DNA from: Octopus bimaculoides | Taxonomy: Eukaryota | Direction: 5' to 3' | DNA: 64,000 bases | NCBI RefSeq assembly: GCF_001194135.2 | Contig: NC_068991.1 | Coordinates: 44,601,961 to 44,665,960 of the forward strand | In this document: piece by piece, positions 14,065-27,980 of the stretch | How positions within the stretch are numbered: the stretch's first letter is position 1 | Layout: the number at the start of each line of letters is the position of its first letter | Notes under the pieces: generated by a model | Database searches by the model: none | The model's input: the letters and a program-made list of their open reading frames with translations, nothing else | What the model was told of the DNA's origin: nothing | Position numbers and translations under genes: made by a program

Positions 14065-15225
14065 CATGAGGATTCTAAGACCCCGTAATGGGGTCTTAAC
14101 TCCAAAATTTTAGTCAGTTTGTATGATCCAAATCTAGGTCAAAAGTACTGAATGGATTTTTATGAAATTTGATAATTATATTCTATGAATAAGGGCCATA
14201 AGCCCCATGAAAATTCATATATTTTTGATTTTGATGAAATTTTAACCATAGATATTAGACACAAATGAAGTAATATTTCTAAATTTCATCATCTTAGAAG
14301 TTAGAAAGACCGCTTCATGGGGACTTAACACCCACAATTTAGTCATTTTATCTAAGCAATGACGAATACAGTTGTACTCTTGGAAGCTGTAGGGTCACCC
14401 GAGCACAAAAGATGAGCATTATTTGTAATTCAATGGTACAACAGTGTAAGAGTTTGCTTTGAGATATACTTACATTGTGATTTCTGCAATGTTGTGCATA
14501 AATTATCAAGTAAATGACAGGCATCCTTGCCTCCACTGATTCAGTTGCAAAGTGTTGAGTAAAGTTATTTCCTTGCAGACCTCCTTTGAGTCTTTTATTA
14601 TCACTGGGTCACACATAGTCCCCAAGTGGTAACATTGATTTCAAGGCCTTCCAAGATGAGTGACTGGTTATTCAAAGACATTTATAGATTGTAAATTTTT
14701 TCTATCCAGTTACCTATCGGTATAGTGGTCAGTTACAAACTCCAGAGGTGACACTTTCATTTCCCTTTAGCCCTCACGTCACACAGTTGTTAATATTTAT
14801 TTCAGTTGGGTCACGCCCTTCCAATTGCTATAGATCCGTATTGCATCTTACAGCTGTGCCTATCACCTGTATAGTGAGGAATTCTACATTGGGGGAGTAG
14901 TAACGACTAGGGTAGGGTAGCTAACTGCTTTTTGTGATCATTTGTCTTTTGGTTTCCTGTAGCTTTGCTCTGTTTTACAAACCCAATAAACATACATATA
15001 CTTCCTATTTCAAAGAAATTTGAACAATAGATATAACACCCAAGTCAAAAAGATTCTCAACAATTCAACTTCTCTGGTTGGCATTAAAACACCCACCCCC
15101 AATAGGAGCCTTAACTCCCAGATTTTAGAGCTCCATGACCTCCATTTTTCAGGAGCAAAATCCTTTTTTAACAGGTTCCATAAGACTGGAATTTTGGAAT
15201 CTGCACATAAAGATCAGTAGTATGG
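14065..15225. mobile_element. Non-autonomous DNA-element remnant, possibly Helentron/DINE-like
   Basis: Three copies of GGRNCTTAACWCC..ATTTTAG (about 14090, 14318, 15101) and aagtactgaatggatttttatgaaattt at 14143. Class assignment is tentative. Confidence 0.3.
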
Positions 15226-15826
15226 GATACATGTGTCATTATTAGAATCTTTTTAGGTTGTGTAAAGAGGGAAAGAACCCTCATCTGCAATTTTGATGAA
15301 ATTCGAATCATAGGTATTCCATTTCATTAGAGAAAATATAACAGAAAANNNNNNNNNNNNNNNNNNNNNNNNNNNNNNNNNNNNNNNNNNNNNNNNNNNN
15401 NNNNNNNNNNNNNNNNNNNNNNNNNNNNNNNNNNNNNNNNNNNNNNNNNNNNNNNNNNNNNNNNNNNNNNNNNNNNNNNNNNNNNNNNNNNNNNNNNNNN
15501 NNNNNNNNNNNNNNNNNNNNNNNNNNNNNNNNNNNNNNNNNNNNNNNNNNNNNNNNNNNNNNNNNNNNNNNNNNNNNNNNNNNNNNNNNNNNNNNNNNNN
15601 NNNNNNNNNNNNNNNNNNNNNNNNNNNNNNNNNNNNNNNNNNNNNNNNNNNNNNNNNNNNNNNNNNNNNNNNNNNNNNNNNNNNNNNNNNNNNNNNNNNN
15701 NNNNNNNNNNNNNNNNNNNNNNNNNNNNNNNNNNNNNNNNNNNNNNNNNNNNNNNNNNNNNNNNNNNNNNNNNNNNNNNNNNNNNNNNNNNNNNNNNNNN
15801 NNNNNNNNNNNNNNNNNNNNNNNNNN

Positions 15827-15864
<38 letters not shown>

Positions 15865-16501
15865 TGCACACTCAAGCAGTATATAATAGTATGAAAAACC
15901 TCACTATCTAGGTTGTAAAAGTTCTTCCTCAGGGTGATCTTGTGTTATTCTGGGAAGGGATTTGAAATATAAACAAGCAACACAGCTATGATTTTATGTG
16001 GTTAGATAGGCTATGGAATAAGTAAGTGAGTACTGTGTAAATACCAACAAAACTAATAGGGAGGGATTATCAATCTGGACAAAATACTTCATAAGCTCTC
16101 TGTTGGCACAATAAGCTAACAATATTGTTAGCCTGATCAATAGACCAATTGAGTAAACCTATCAGTAACATAACCTATAATGACTACCGGAAACAATGGT
16201 AAGCCAAATTTACTCTAATAAAGGAAAAATACGTAATGACAATCATTTATACATTGACTATATATATATATATACACATACACACAGGTAGATAGATATA
16301 TGCATATACATAATACGTAAAAATTCCATTACATATGCGTGTGTACATAAATATATACAAGCATATACATAACTATATATATATATATATATACACACAC
16401 ACATACACAAGTATGTCAGCTGTATACCCAATAGATATGTGTGTCAGTGTACACATATGTGTACACTTATATATAAATACATACACATCCTTATATATAC
16501 A

Positions 16502-17367
16502 CAGGGTAGGTAAAAAGTAACTAGGCATTAGAAATTGCTTATAGAATTTTTAGTATCACTGAAGTCATGACAAAAACAATTTTTAAGCAGACAACACTAA
16601 TGGGGATTTTTTATTTTCATATTGTCTTATTTCTTATTTTCCAGATGGCCAACCACTTGACTTTTCAGGAATGAGCTAAGATACCAGCATATTTTAATGT
16701 GTGGAATTCCATTGTTTTGGTTCAGAGATGGTGGCGTGCATGAAAAGGTAAGCATGCAACACTACATCCGAAGACAATAAAAAGTTGTCATGCAAAGCTG
16801 ATGACCATGGGCTCTGTGAACAATGCAAGAAGTGGCAATCACACTCCAATCAGCAGAGAATGTGGTAACAGTACAGGAAATGTTTAATCACAGCCTGCAA
16901 AAATCAACACGTCAAGCAGCTCATGAAAGTGGACTAACAAGATAATACAATACATATGGTGCTGCATAAAGAATTGAATTTTCATTTGTGGAAACCCCAT
17001 TACATGCAGGAGCTAAAACCTGAAGACTGTGACCACAGAAGTCCAGAAGTCCAGCACTCCAGATCTCACTCCATGTGATTTTCACCTGCGGGGGTTACAC
17101 AAAAGAGGTGTACAAAACAAAACTTTGCACACTGGAGGACTTGGAGACACGGATTCAGGAGGTTCTCAATGATATCCCAGATGATGTCCTTCAGCAGGTT
17201 GTTCATTCCATTCCTGGCCATTTGAGGAAACTGATTGACGTCACTGGTGCTTACATTGAAATGTCAAGATTTACTTTCATTTCCCATGTAATAGAGAACG
17301 TATCATTGGTGTCAATAAATTTGCAAAAGGAATATGAATTTTATTACCAATTTTTAATGCCTACTTA
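16502..17367 (+). mobile_element. Internally deleted Tc1/mariner-superfamily transposon
   Basis: Left end CAGGGT after a TA-rich tract. taactaggcattagaaattgcttatagaattt (16518) is inverse to the sequence ending 17367. SPDLTPCDF...GYxKxxVYKT...LEDLETRI at 17050-17160. Right end runs into a gap. Confidence 0.8.
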
Positions 17368-17865
17368 NNNNNNNNNNNNNNNNNNNNNNNNNNNNNNNNN
17401 NNNNNNNNNNNNNNNNNNNNNNNNNNNNNNNNNNNNNNNNNNNNNNNNNNNNNNNNNNNNNNNNNNNNNNNNNNNNNNNNNNNNNNNNNNNNNNNNNNNN
17501 NNNNNNNNNNNNNNNNNNNNNNNNNNNNNNNNNNNNNNNNNNNNNNNNNNNNNNNNNNNNNNNNNNNNNNNNNNNNNNNNNNNNNNNNNNNNNNNNNNNN
17601 NNNNNNNNNNNNNNNNNNNNNNNNNNNNNNNNNNNNNNNNNNNNNNNNNNNNNNNNNNNNNNNNNNNNNNNNNNNNNNNNNNNNNNNNNNNNNNNNNNNN
17701 NNNNNNNNNNNNNNNNNNNNNNNNNNNNNNNNNNNNNNNNNNNNNNNNNNNNNNNNNNNNNNNNNNNNNNNNNNNNNNNNNNNNNNNNNNNNNNNATATA
17801 TATATGTATAGACCTATATATATGTATATATCTATATCTATATATATATATATATATATATAATG

Positions 17866-17906
<41 letters not shown>

Positions 17907-20900
17907 CCATACATACATGCACAGAAGGAGATACCGAGAGAAAGTGAGCAAAAGAAATATAGAGAGAGAAAAGAAAAAGATACCTTCATCTAATAACATT
18001 TCCTTAATGGAATATTTGATGTGAAGGGAGGTTTGCATATAAGAATGATGTAACTTGTTTATGTTTGAATCAATGATTACATTGAGAATAACTGATGTGT
18101 ATATAAAAATCTACATGTAAAAAGGTTCTTTTGTTATAGATGTAGTCTATAAAATTAAGAACAATTTACAGACTGACATCCTTTATATATAGTTATCTAG
18201 TGTCTAGCAAGCTGTAGTAGGTGAAGCCATGTGGCCATCCTATCATTATTACAGTCATGGTATCCAATCAATGAAGACAATTTAAAGACAGCAAAATATT
18301 TGTTAGAGTAGAATATGTTAAACAAGTAAACAATGCTCCTAACCCGGTTCAATAATTGTAAATTTAGTTATATCCAATTACTTTTTGTTTAAATTGACAA
18401 ATAATATATAATATTTTCCAGTTCATGAACCAACAAAATATATCCTAAAATATTCTAAAACATTTCTGTAATATTACATATTTATATTTTTGATTTTGAA
18501 ATATTAAACACAATATAGCAAAAGCTAAAAAAATTATAACAGAATTTTTAATAAATTATAACTATTTTACTTTTATAAATATTTTTTTTTGTTATAGTCC
18601 CTACTTTGAAAATGTTATCCTTTAAGAAAAAAAGGAGTTTAATTTCCCTTTATATATAATTAGCATTTACCCTAACTTGCTTCAGCAATTATTCGTTGTA
18701 TTTTGGTTATAAATCTGAAGATAAAATCTGATGTCTGAAAATTACACAAAAGCCAGCTAATAAAAAAAGTCAAAGCATTAAATAAATTGGAAAAAAAAAA
18801 ATACAAGAAAGCTATTCTAAAATAATACTAAGCATGTAATATTAATTCTTTAAATATTTTTAAAGAATACAATGAATGAGAAAGATTTTCATGAGAGAGT
18901 TTTCAGCAGGTGATTTTTTTTATCTACATATTCAGTGCTAAGCAGATTACTACCTCTAGCAGAATGTGGCCACTGTTACCACCTAAACTACACTTCTAAG
19001 AGAGCTATCATCTGGAACATCATGCATTGGGAAACAGAAAATTCTGTTTTTAAAAGTTGCTCCATTACTCTTTCCTGTAAAGCTTAATGACTCAATTATG
19101 TATCGAATATGTTTATATACATAATATTGTAACCTGTTCATGAAAAACAAATTTTCTTTGTGCAAGAAAATAATCAATAATAAATTACAGTGATATGTAA
19201 AGAAAATGAAATAACAACACATAACAAACAAATACAGGAAATAGTAGACATTAAAGAAGAATGTAATGAATCTAAAAAATTTATTTCAAGATAAGATCAG
19301 GATAAGTGACAGAAAAAAACCAAAGCAAAAGATACTTATTGCTTGTAAGTCTTCACTTTCAGAAAATATGAGAGAGAGAGAGAGAGAACAACAAAATGTT
19401 CTTATTTGATTAATTTTTTTTTCCTTATTCTGCTTAATACTATATTAAAGATCTTTCTCATAAACATGTTTAAAATTATTTTCAAAATCTTTAATTTTTA
19501 TGTTAGTAACAAATTTACATAATAGCTTATGCACATACTTATTCTAGTCTTAGGTCAGAATCTATACTTCTCTTAACAGCCGCAATAATTTTGATATAGT
19601 TATCTGAACCCCAAATTAGTATTTATTTTGTCCAACTCATTCTTCTTGCTACCTAACTACTTTCATTCTCTCTCTGAGTCACTTACCAAACATTTGATGC
19701 AGGTTTTCAATTTGAGGACTGTGACTCTGTTTATTTACTTCCATCTCATGTTGTCTTATAATGAAATGAACATTTTAGAATGTATATTAACCATGACAGT
19801 TTCACATATCCACCACAAATTTCATTTAAGAAAACTTTCATAGCTATTGGTGGACCAGTTGATAAAAGAAGATACAGCTTATTCTGTTAATACTTTCTAT
19901 TTTTCTTTACTAATAATATTCTTGCAACTTTCAGCATTTGCTTATTTATATGGGAAAATTCTCATGAGTATCATGGATGATTCAGAAAGCTTCAAGTCAA
20001 TGCTAACTACACATGATATAGACAAAATCTCAGCTATGCCCATAAAGATATAATGCCCTCTCCTAAAATAATAAATTCTATTGTAAGAAATTTACTAATA
20101 CAACTGTGAATGTGAATCAGTTTTTAAATGGAACTTGAATATCTAGCACCCTTTTATAAAGAAACAAATCATTTGTTAAACTAACTAAAATTGTAAATTA
20201 CTATTCAATTAACCAAGAGGAATGATTGAACAAATACAGCTTTTATTTACAAGCCTATCAAGGAAGTAAAGAGAATAAATTTCAACATTTTATGAATATT
20301 AATTTAATGACTCATATTCCTTTAACAATCGATATCTTTCAATGCAGAGCACATCATAAATAATATTCTTATCAAACAAAAAATAAAAAGAGAAAAAAAG
20401 AAACTAGTTTAAATTCATAAAAAAGCAGTATAATATATATATTTATTTAGTTAAAATGAAACTCAAAGATGAGGCCCACTATTTGAATGTGAGGGTATAC
20501 ATTTAATGTTTTCAAAGGCATGATTAAAATGCAACCTAATTCTTAACTATTGATACAGTTTCAAATGATCCTAGCAACATTTATCAACCATTAAGTTTAG
20601 AAAAAAAGCCAATTTCAATCTTAGATATACTTGTAAAAATAAGGTGCATATTCATACACATACATAGTTATATTATATATGATTACACAAATATTGTACA
20701 TATAAGTTCACATAAACATTCAAACACACAACAAAACATGTATGAATACATCTTTAGTGACTGTATCAACTTCCATACAATAGTATCACACCAGTATCCA
20801 GGAATTTGAATATGGCAACCTTCAAGGGACTCTCTTGAAAGTGTTGAAATGAATGACAAGATGCTGGCATGTCACATATGTGACACAACCTATGCTCTGT

Positions 20901-21169
20901 TGCCTCCAAAAGAGAGGAAACATTTCAGTGTGACAAATTGACATTTTTTATTTAAATCTTTTTTAATTTATTTTTTAATTATAGGTGTGGGGTGGTTTAT
21001 GAAGAGTGAAATATAAATTATACTGTTTTGGACTATCATTGTATGTAGTAGCACTCTCCTGATAAATGATGTAATGTCAGTAAGCTCATCTCTATTTTAT
21101 CTTTCTTTTGCCAAGACTACAAGGAGAAATTTGCAACAAACCTCAAGTCCAGGTTAAATCCTGCAAAAA

Positions 21170-22275
21170 GTGAGTTTGGAAAAGTCACCAAACCCATACT
21201 AAAGAGGTGTACGCTTGCTTCATAGAACTCAAAAATGCATATGACCACATGCTACTGGACATGCATGTGAAGGGTTTTACAGGAGTTTGGAATTAATGGG
21301 CAACTTTTTTTAGTTGGGAAATCCCTATATAAAATGTTCAGATGTTTGTATTCAGATAAATGGTGTTAAGTTGAAACCTTTCAATGGGGGGGTGTTGGGT
21401 TTCAGCAGGGATGCATTTTGTCACCTCTCTTCATAATTTTTATGAACTGGATTGACATGTGCAGCCATTGTGAAAGTGGTATCACAATCAGTTGGTATAG
21501 GATTGGTTGGCTGATATTTGCAGATGACATGGTGCTACTTGGCTCATCAGCAAGTGACCTCTAGTATGCACTGAATTGGTTTGCTGTCAAGTTTTGCAAG
21601 GTAGGAATGAGAATTAGTGTTACAAAAACTGAAAACATTGGTCTTTTCAAGAAAGTTTTCCCAGTCCACTCTGCATATTAGTGGAACATCGCTGAGACAG
21701 GTGGTGAAGTTTAAGTATCTTGGGGTTGAATATTCTTGAGTGATGGGAAGCAGGATGCTAGATTTGCAAGTGCTAGCACCTGACAGTAATGCACCAACTC
21801 CAGCATTCAATTCTCAGGAGAGAGGTTGGTAAAAAAAGTCATACTTTCTATTTTCAAACTAGTTTTTGTGTCTACCCTTACCTATGGTCATGAATGTTGA
21901 GTAATGATAAAAAAAAGTATGATTGCCACTACATGCTCCAAAATAGGGTTACACTGAAGGATCTCTGGAATAATGTTACTCAACAGGCTACTTCAGAACA
22001 TTGAGAAATCACGGCTCTAGTACCACAAACATGATTAGATTGTCACAGGAAAGAATTGCAAGACAGATTCTTTGAGCCAAGTCAACCAGGAGGGGACCTA
22101 GAGGTAGACCAAAAACAAGATGGATGGATAATATCCATAGTCTCAGTTGGTCATGCTTGAGAATTCAATGGAGAACTCTAAGGATGGTTGCATCTGATAA
22201 GACTAGGACTCTACAGAGGAGATGCCTGAAGGCTAAGCTCCCATGACTTTTCCAGGAATAGTGGTGAAGATGGAT
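21170..22275 (+). mobile_element. Decayed RTE-clade LINE 3' half (second family)
   Basis: YACFIELKNAYDH at 21209, LIFADDMVL at 21510, KFKYLG at 21707, RRGPRGRPKTRW near 22088. Homologous to 37505-38225. Confidence 0.8.
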
Positions 22276-22289
22276 GGATAAAATTTGAA

Positions 22290-23680
22290 ATTCCACTAAA
22301 TTCAATGGGATAACATCAATACGGTAGTTTACTCTTTTAGCAATATTAACAATGAAAATGGATGCACATTGACTCAGTTCAATATTGTTGAATTCAACCT
22401 GTCAATTTCCAAGCCTCTCTTCAACAGAGCTTTGGAATTTGAAATGACGCATTGCAATAGTGTTGATAGCAATCTCAACATGATCATGAGTGTCAGAAAG
22501 TCACAGTGTTCCATGGAGAAAGACACTCATGGTTCATTTGATATTATGGTGGGCCAGCTTTGTCAAAGGAGATGCATGTAATCTAGTTGGATTATTCACC
22601 CTAAGTAATCTTAAAAAGACATTTAAGATTTTAGACATCAGGCTGGACAGAGATGACAACCTGGCTATTATTAAGAACATACATGAATAGGACCTACATA
22701 ACACAAGGAAACGAAATACCTAATTAGAACCTTTAAAGAACTAGGGAAGAATATCACTAATTACATATATAAATTTCTAGAATATTCTTATTTTTATCTC
22801 AACCAATCTAAGAACTATACAGAAAACAAAATGAAAAGCTCATTTACATCAACAGAATCTCCACCAATTTTAAAAATCTTACTAGCAATAATATAGTAAA
22901 AACTCCAGCATCTTCTCAGAAAATGGAACATTTGATAGAATTACAATCCAGTGCTACAAAATACTGTTGAATAATGGATTTAGAGAAAAAAATTAAGTTT
23001 ATCTCTAAACCTGAATCACTATAAAATCATAGAAAATGCAATGATGGTGAAATCTAATTTGGGCCACTATATTGCCCATGTGGATATTTGATGTTGCTAG
23101 GAATTTCATAAACATGATCCATTCTCTCATAGGATACAAACATTCCAAACTAGTTCACAACAAAACTTAATGGTAAACTATAGATGCAAGACAAACACAG
23201 GGGACATCCTTGCATGCTGTAGGTGCCTCAAACTACCATGAAGTTATGAGTGACAATGACTGCAACAGTCCAAATAGAATTATACCTTTGGTAATTGATG
23301 CAATGATGTATCAATGATTTATGAGCTATCATGCTAATCCAAGGAAACATATGATCTAGATTATATATTGAAATGTGCTAGTGCAGTTTCAAGAGCCAAG
23401 TCTACCTTTAGACATGCAGACAAAAAGAAACAATGGTACTTGAAATATCACAATATTGATAACTTTTAATATCACCTAATCTAAACTATTTTTCAGAAGC
23501 AAGCACATCCATTGCTATGGTTTTACTTTAAAATATTCATTGTGACCAAAACAACAAAATTACACTATTTTGACCTATTACTGTATGTGGTGGCTTCATC
23601 CTGATGAACCATGTAATGTCAATAAGCTCATTTCTAACTTTATGTTCTTCAAGACTGCAAGGAGAAATTTGCAACAAACC
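22290..23680 (+). mobile_element. Decayed Penelope-like retroelement (RT region)
   Basis: FNIVEFNLSISKPLFNRALEF and RKS..PWRK..FDI..G..CNLVGLFTLSNL..LDRDDNLAII resemble PLE RT motifs (FDIVEFYPSI, GLYRDDGL). Many disablements. Confidence 0.65.
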
Positions 23681-25996
23681 CCAGAACTAATTTCTAAGTG
23701 TTAACATGAGAATAATTTCTAACTTTCTAATCTCAAAAGAATGATTGAGCATAAAACATCTGAACAATTGAAAGTTCACAGACCACCATCCTATACAAAA
23801 GACAAACCAGAAGTCAACAAAATGATGGGCCATACTAAAAAAAAAGCTTCCTTCACAAAAAAATAATCTAACAAAAAACAATCCATATGTGTTATTCATT
23901 CCACCAGCTAGCCTCATCCAAGGATTGTCTAAGAACAGGGACATGAAACCCTGATTAATGGAATGCTGTAAGTTGTAACTATAACCCTACAAAGTTTTCT
24001 CATATTTTGTTTGTAGTATTCATAGACATATACACACATGCTCACATATATACAAATATTTTACATATACAATCACAAAACTGTTTCAAAGATAAGACGA
24101 GAAACCTATAGTTTTAAATAACTAATAGAAAATAATTAATTTTTCCATGATAACTGAAGTACTTGTCTTGCATATTCATAATCTCATCTGATTATAAGAC
24201 AAGCAATTAAAGATGTAAATCCTAATGGTTGTAGGCACTATTGCAAATTTAGTTAGTCATTTCACTTTATTTAATAACTTATTATTGATCTCTTATTTAA
24301 AATAAATGTAAACCTTCAAGATATAATATATATTTACAAAAGTAAAAACTTCAGTAGTTAAAGGAAAATTGCTAAAGTTGCTATTTAGGTGCTTAACAGT
24401 AAAAGTTAAAGTTAATGTTAAAATATTTGAAGAGAGCATTAAAAGAGATATGTGGTGAAGGATAAACAAACTTAATTGACTAATGTTATTTTCAATTATG
24501 TAGCAAGTATGGGACACAATTTTAGCAAGTACAGGAGATATGATTGGCTTTGGATCTCATCAGTAAAACAAAGTCTTCACAGTATTTCCCTGGTAGTGAT
24601 GAAATATCATTAATTGTACAATAACTGTACACTGATTGTTGTAGGAAAATAGAGTTGTTCAGTAGAGGATAAAATGTCAGAACAAGACTGAAATAGGGAA
24701 AAAAAGACTGCCTCTGAAAATACTAGTTATTAATTAAAATTGTTTTCTTTCCTTGTAGTAGATTTATTTCTAGTGAGCTTTGCGTTGTTCTCTGCATTGA
24801 ATATGTTTGCACTAACTTGGCTATTGTTTTTCATGTGGATAGTGTCTCTGATTATCTGTTTCCTTGACTAGTCAATCAACATCTTGATTTTCCCAAGTAT
24901 ATAACATTAAACTGCCCAATATTTTAGCAAACAATAACACTAAATTGATTGTGAAATGAAGATGTAGAAAATAGTATTTTAGTATTTAGTTTGGAATTAT
25001 CTTCAATGAGTAATAATTAATGTTGAATAAAAGCTTCTAAATATTTTCATACTATATGTTTATGTAATTTTTGTTTAATATGATGCAGGTTTAATATGAG
25101 CAGAATGAAGTAAATAAACAACATTATCAATATATATGTTCAAAGCTATTCTAAGCTTGACAGCTATATATTGTTCCACCACTATTTAAACCATATAATT
25201 TCTTTTCTATGTTATTTAATACATGTGACTTATTTTGTAGTAATTTTTGAAAAACAGTTGTTGCTATAACTGAAAACAATACCAATATTATAAAAATAGA
25301 TAAATAAAAAGAACTAAATGAAAACTTAAAAGAATACAAACTTTAATATGTTCACATACTGAAGGGAAACTTTGACTACTAAAATAATAAACAGACATCT
25401 TTTATAACATTAATGACATATAAGTGAAACTACTGCAATCATAGGAATATTGTGAAGGCTGTAAAGAAATTTTATGCACAGTCAGTAAATATATTATTAA
25501 AGATTACAATCTTGAAAAACATTAAAATCAACGAATTTTCTGTGATAGCAATTTAAATAAACATAGCAGGTAATATTATTAAACACCCCTTCTGTCCGTA
25601 GGGGTGGTATTTTTTTTTTGATAGTCTTTATAAAAGAATGAAATAAAATTATTATATTGGACAAATATAGCTTTGCTCTTTAGACTGGCAAAACATCCTC
25701 AATTTGCATTTAATACACATTTTTCCTCAACATACAAATGTTTTATCAATTGTGATGTTTGCTGAAATGTTTCTAGTTTGAAGTATATTAATGTGCTAAA
25801 TTCCTTAAGCATGAAGTATGATGCTACTTATATATATTGAGTAAAGCATATGGGTGAAAAGTACAATATAATTTTGCAAAAAAAGAAAAAAAAAGAAAAA
25901 GGGCATTTGAATTTGACTTTTGCCATCAAAATAAAACATTATTTAAAACAGAAGAATAAAGAACAATTATCTCAGAATGAGAATTTAAATCTTTTA

Positions 25997-26179
25997 CTGT
26001 TGTGTCTGTGGAGAGTCATTCTCTTTTAGTGCTTTATAATTTAACACACTCACCAGTAAAATTTCCACTTATTTCCTTCTTTGGTTATTTGTTTCTTTAT
26101 TTTTCTAGTAGAAATTTTACTGGTGAGTGTGTTAAATTATAAGGCACTAAAAGAGAATGATTGTCCCCAGACACAATAG
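25997..26179. mobile_element. TA-flanked palindromic MITE, 183 nt, arms about 70 nt
   Basis: TA|CTGTTGTGTCTG...CAGACACAATAG|TA. The arm tcattctcttttagtgctttataatttaacacactcaccagtaaaatttc is almost perfectly inverted at about 26110-26162. Confidence 0.9.
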
Positions 26180-26731
26180 TATATGCTTCAACACACAAAC
26201 TCACATAAAGAATCTTACAAACCAAATCCAAAAACGAAATTAAATCTTATAGCTTATAAATATTATCAAAGATAGTAATTAGTTAAACTTTTAGTCATCT
26301 AAAAAAAAGCATGCATGAATACTTGTGTGTNNNNNNNNNNATATATATATATATATACATATCAACTGTGGCTAAAAGTTTGAATACAAATTTGAAATTT
26401 AAAATTTTTCTAAATATATTTTGATATAAAGATAAAAACTAATTATCAACTGAATATTTTCAAATAACAAAGTTAATTAATTTATATTTCATATTATAAG
26501 AATGATGTCATATTTCATAATTTCAACATCTGGCTAACATTTCTGATACTATAAATTACTACCTAGAGTCATCTAGCAGTGGTCTGCCCATGTGCAGTTC
26601 CTGTGTATGTGAACACTCTCCCACACTCTCTGCCACTCCCCTGCCACTGTCAAGTAAATTATTGCAATTTCAGGTACAATGATTAGACTTGGGATGAATA
26701 CTGGAGTGGTTTCTTGTTGCCTTCTCTAGGC

Positions 26732-26852
26732 AACCACTAGGCATATGGCCTAGTGGTTAGAATGTTACACTCATGGTTACAAGATCATGGATTCAATTCC
26801 CAGATCAGGTGATGTATTGGGTTCTTGAGCAAAACACTTCATTTCATGCTGG
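26732..26852 (+). mobile_element. tRNA-derived SINE head
   Basis: tggcctagtggttaga (A box), ggattcaattccc (B box), then ttcttgagcaaaacacttcattt. Confidence 0.65.
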
Positions 26853-27555
26853 TCTGTGGGTGGAAGAGTGGCAGAATTGTTGGCTGTCATAGAACAACAC
26901 TGAGGATTGCTTGCAATTTTGCAAGGATGATAAAAATTGAATTAAGGAAGATGGCTTAAAGTCATGTTTAATCACAAAACATCAATTAAACATTTGGTAT
27001 CTAATGCTCCTTTGATTCATTTTCCATCAAACAACTGTCAGTATAAAGCTGTTGCGTGTGTAAAGTAATGCTGGTATTCAGATGATGCTTTAAAGTACAG
27101 CCATAAACTCTAAAACTTATCTGGATATTCTGAAGAACGAAGTTTCTTACACATATGATAATCTTTACTTGCACTATATTCTAATAAGATGGTCCACCCA
27201 GTCATTCTACAAAATGCAGGCAAAACCAAATAGATTTAATCTTATTATTTTATTGGATAGATAGTCAGAATAGTCTGCTAACCTGAAGCATACAAAAATT
27301 GTATAGGTTCATATAAAAAGGAAAATTGTAGCTTTAATTCTTTATTAATTTCAGATCTAAATGTGAAGAAATCACAAGTTTGAAGACACAAGGTTCTTCA
27401 AAAACTTAGTAAAAAGAGTAACTGATGCATTGCTGCCGTTGTACTGGAAGCAAAAGTGCATATCAGATATGAACACTATAATGTTGTACTTTTGTTAAAA
27501 GCCTTCTGGTTATCTACTTATTTTAATATTAAGTATACTCCTTAGTGACATTTCA

Positions 27556-27713
27556 TCAAGTCTTTATTTTCTGAGTTCAAATTCTGCCAAGGTTAACTTT
27601 GCCTTTTATCATTTTGGAGTTGGTAAAATAAGTATCAGTTGAGTATTGGGGTTGATGTAATTGACATACTCCGACCAATGAATTTGCAGGCCTTGTGCCA
27701 AAATTTGAAACCA
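27556..27713 (+). mobile_element. Abundant SINE-like repeat, + copy
   Basis: gagttcaaattctgccaaggttaactttgcc...ggccttgtgccaaaatttgaaacca. Reverse copies at 35680-35925, 52430-52530, 61023-61237, 62935-63125, 63790-63975. Confidence 0.75.
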
Positions 27714-27949
27714 GTTTTAAGTATACTCCTTGCTTTTGATATACATCATCAATGATGACACCTAAATAAGAGTATTCGTACTTTTGATAAGGAATGTATA
27801 TATTATATGTATATGTATATATGCAGTGTGTGTATGTGTGTGCATATAAACACAAACATATATATACATACACACACACACACACACACACATATATTTA
27901 CATTTACAATATAAATGTAGAAGTTTTGAAATATATATATGTATATCTA

Positions 27950-27980
<31 letters not shown>

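Noticed and set aside
14474-14483. cag|AAATCACAAT|gtaagt 10-nt mini-exon, and similar pairs at about 12050-12090 and 28990
   Set aside because: They have poor acceptors or no exon-like context and are consistent with chance matches in an AT-rich intron.
18983-19030. Possible exon after ttccag near 19012
   Set aside because: All three frames after the AG reach a stop within 10 codons and the donor (TAG|GTGGTA) is weak.
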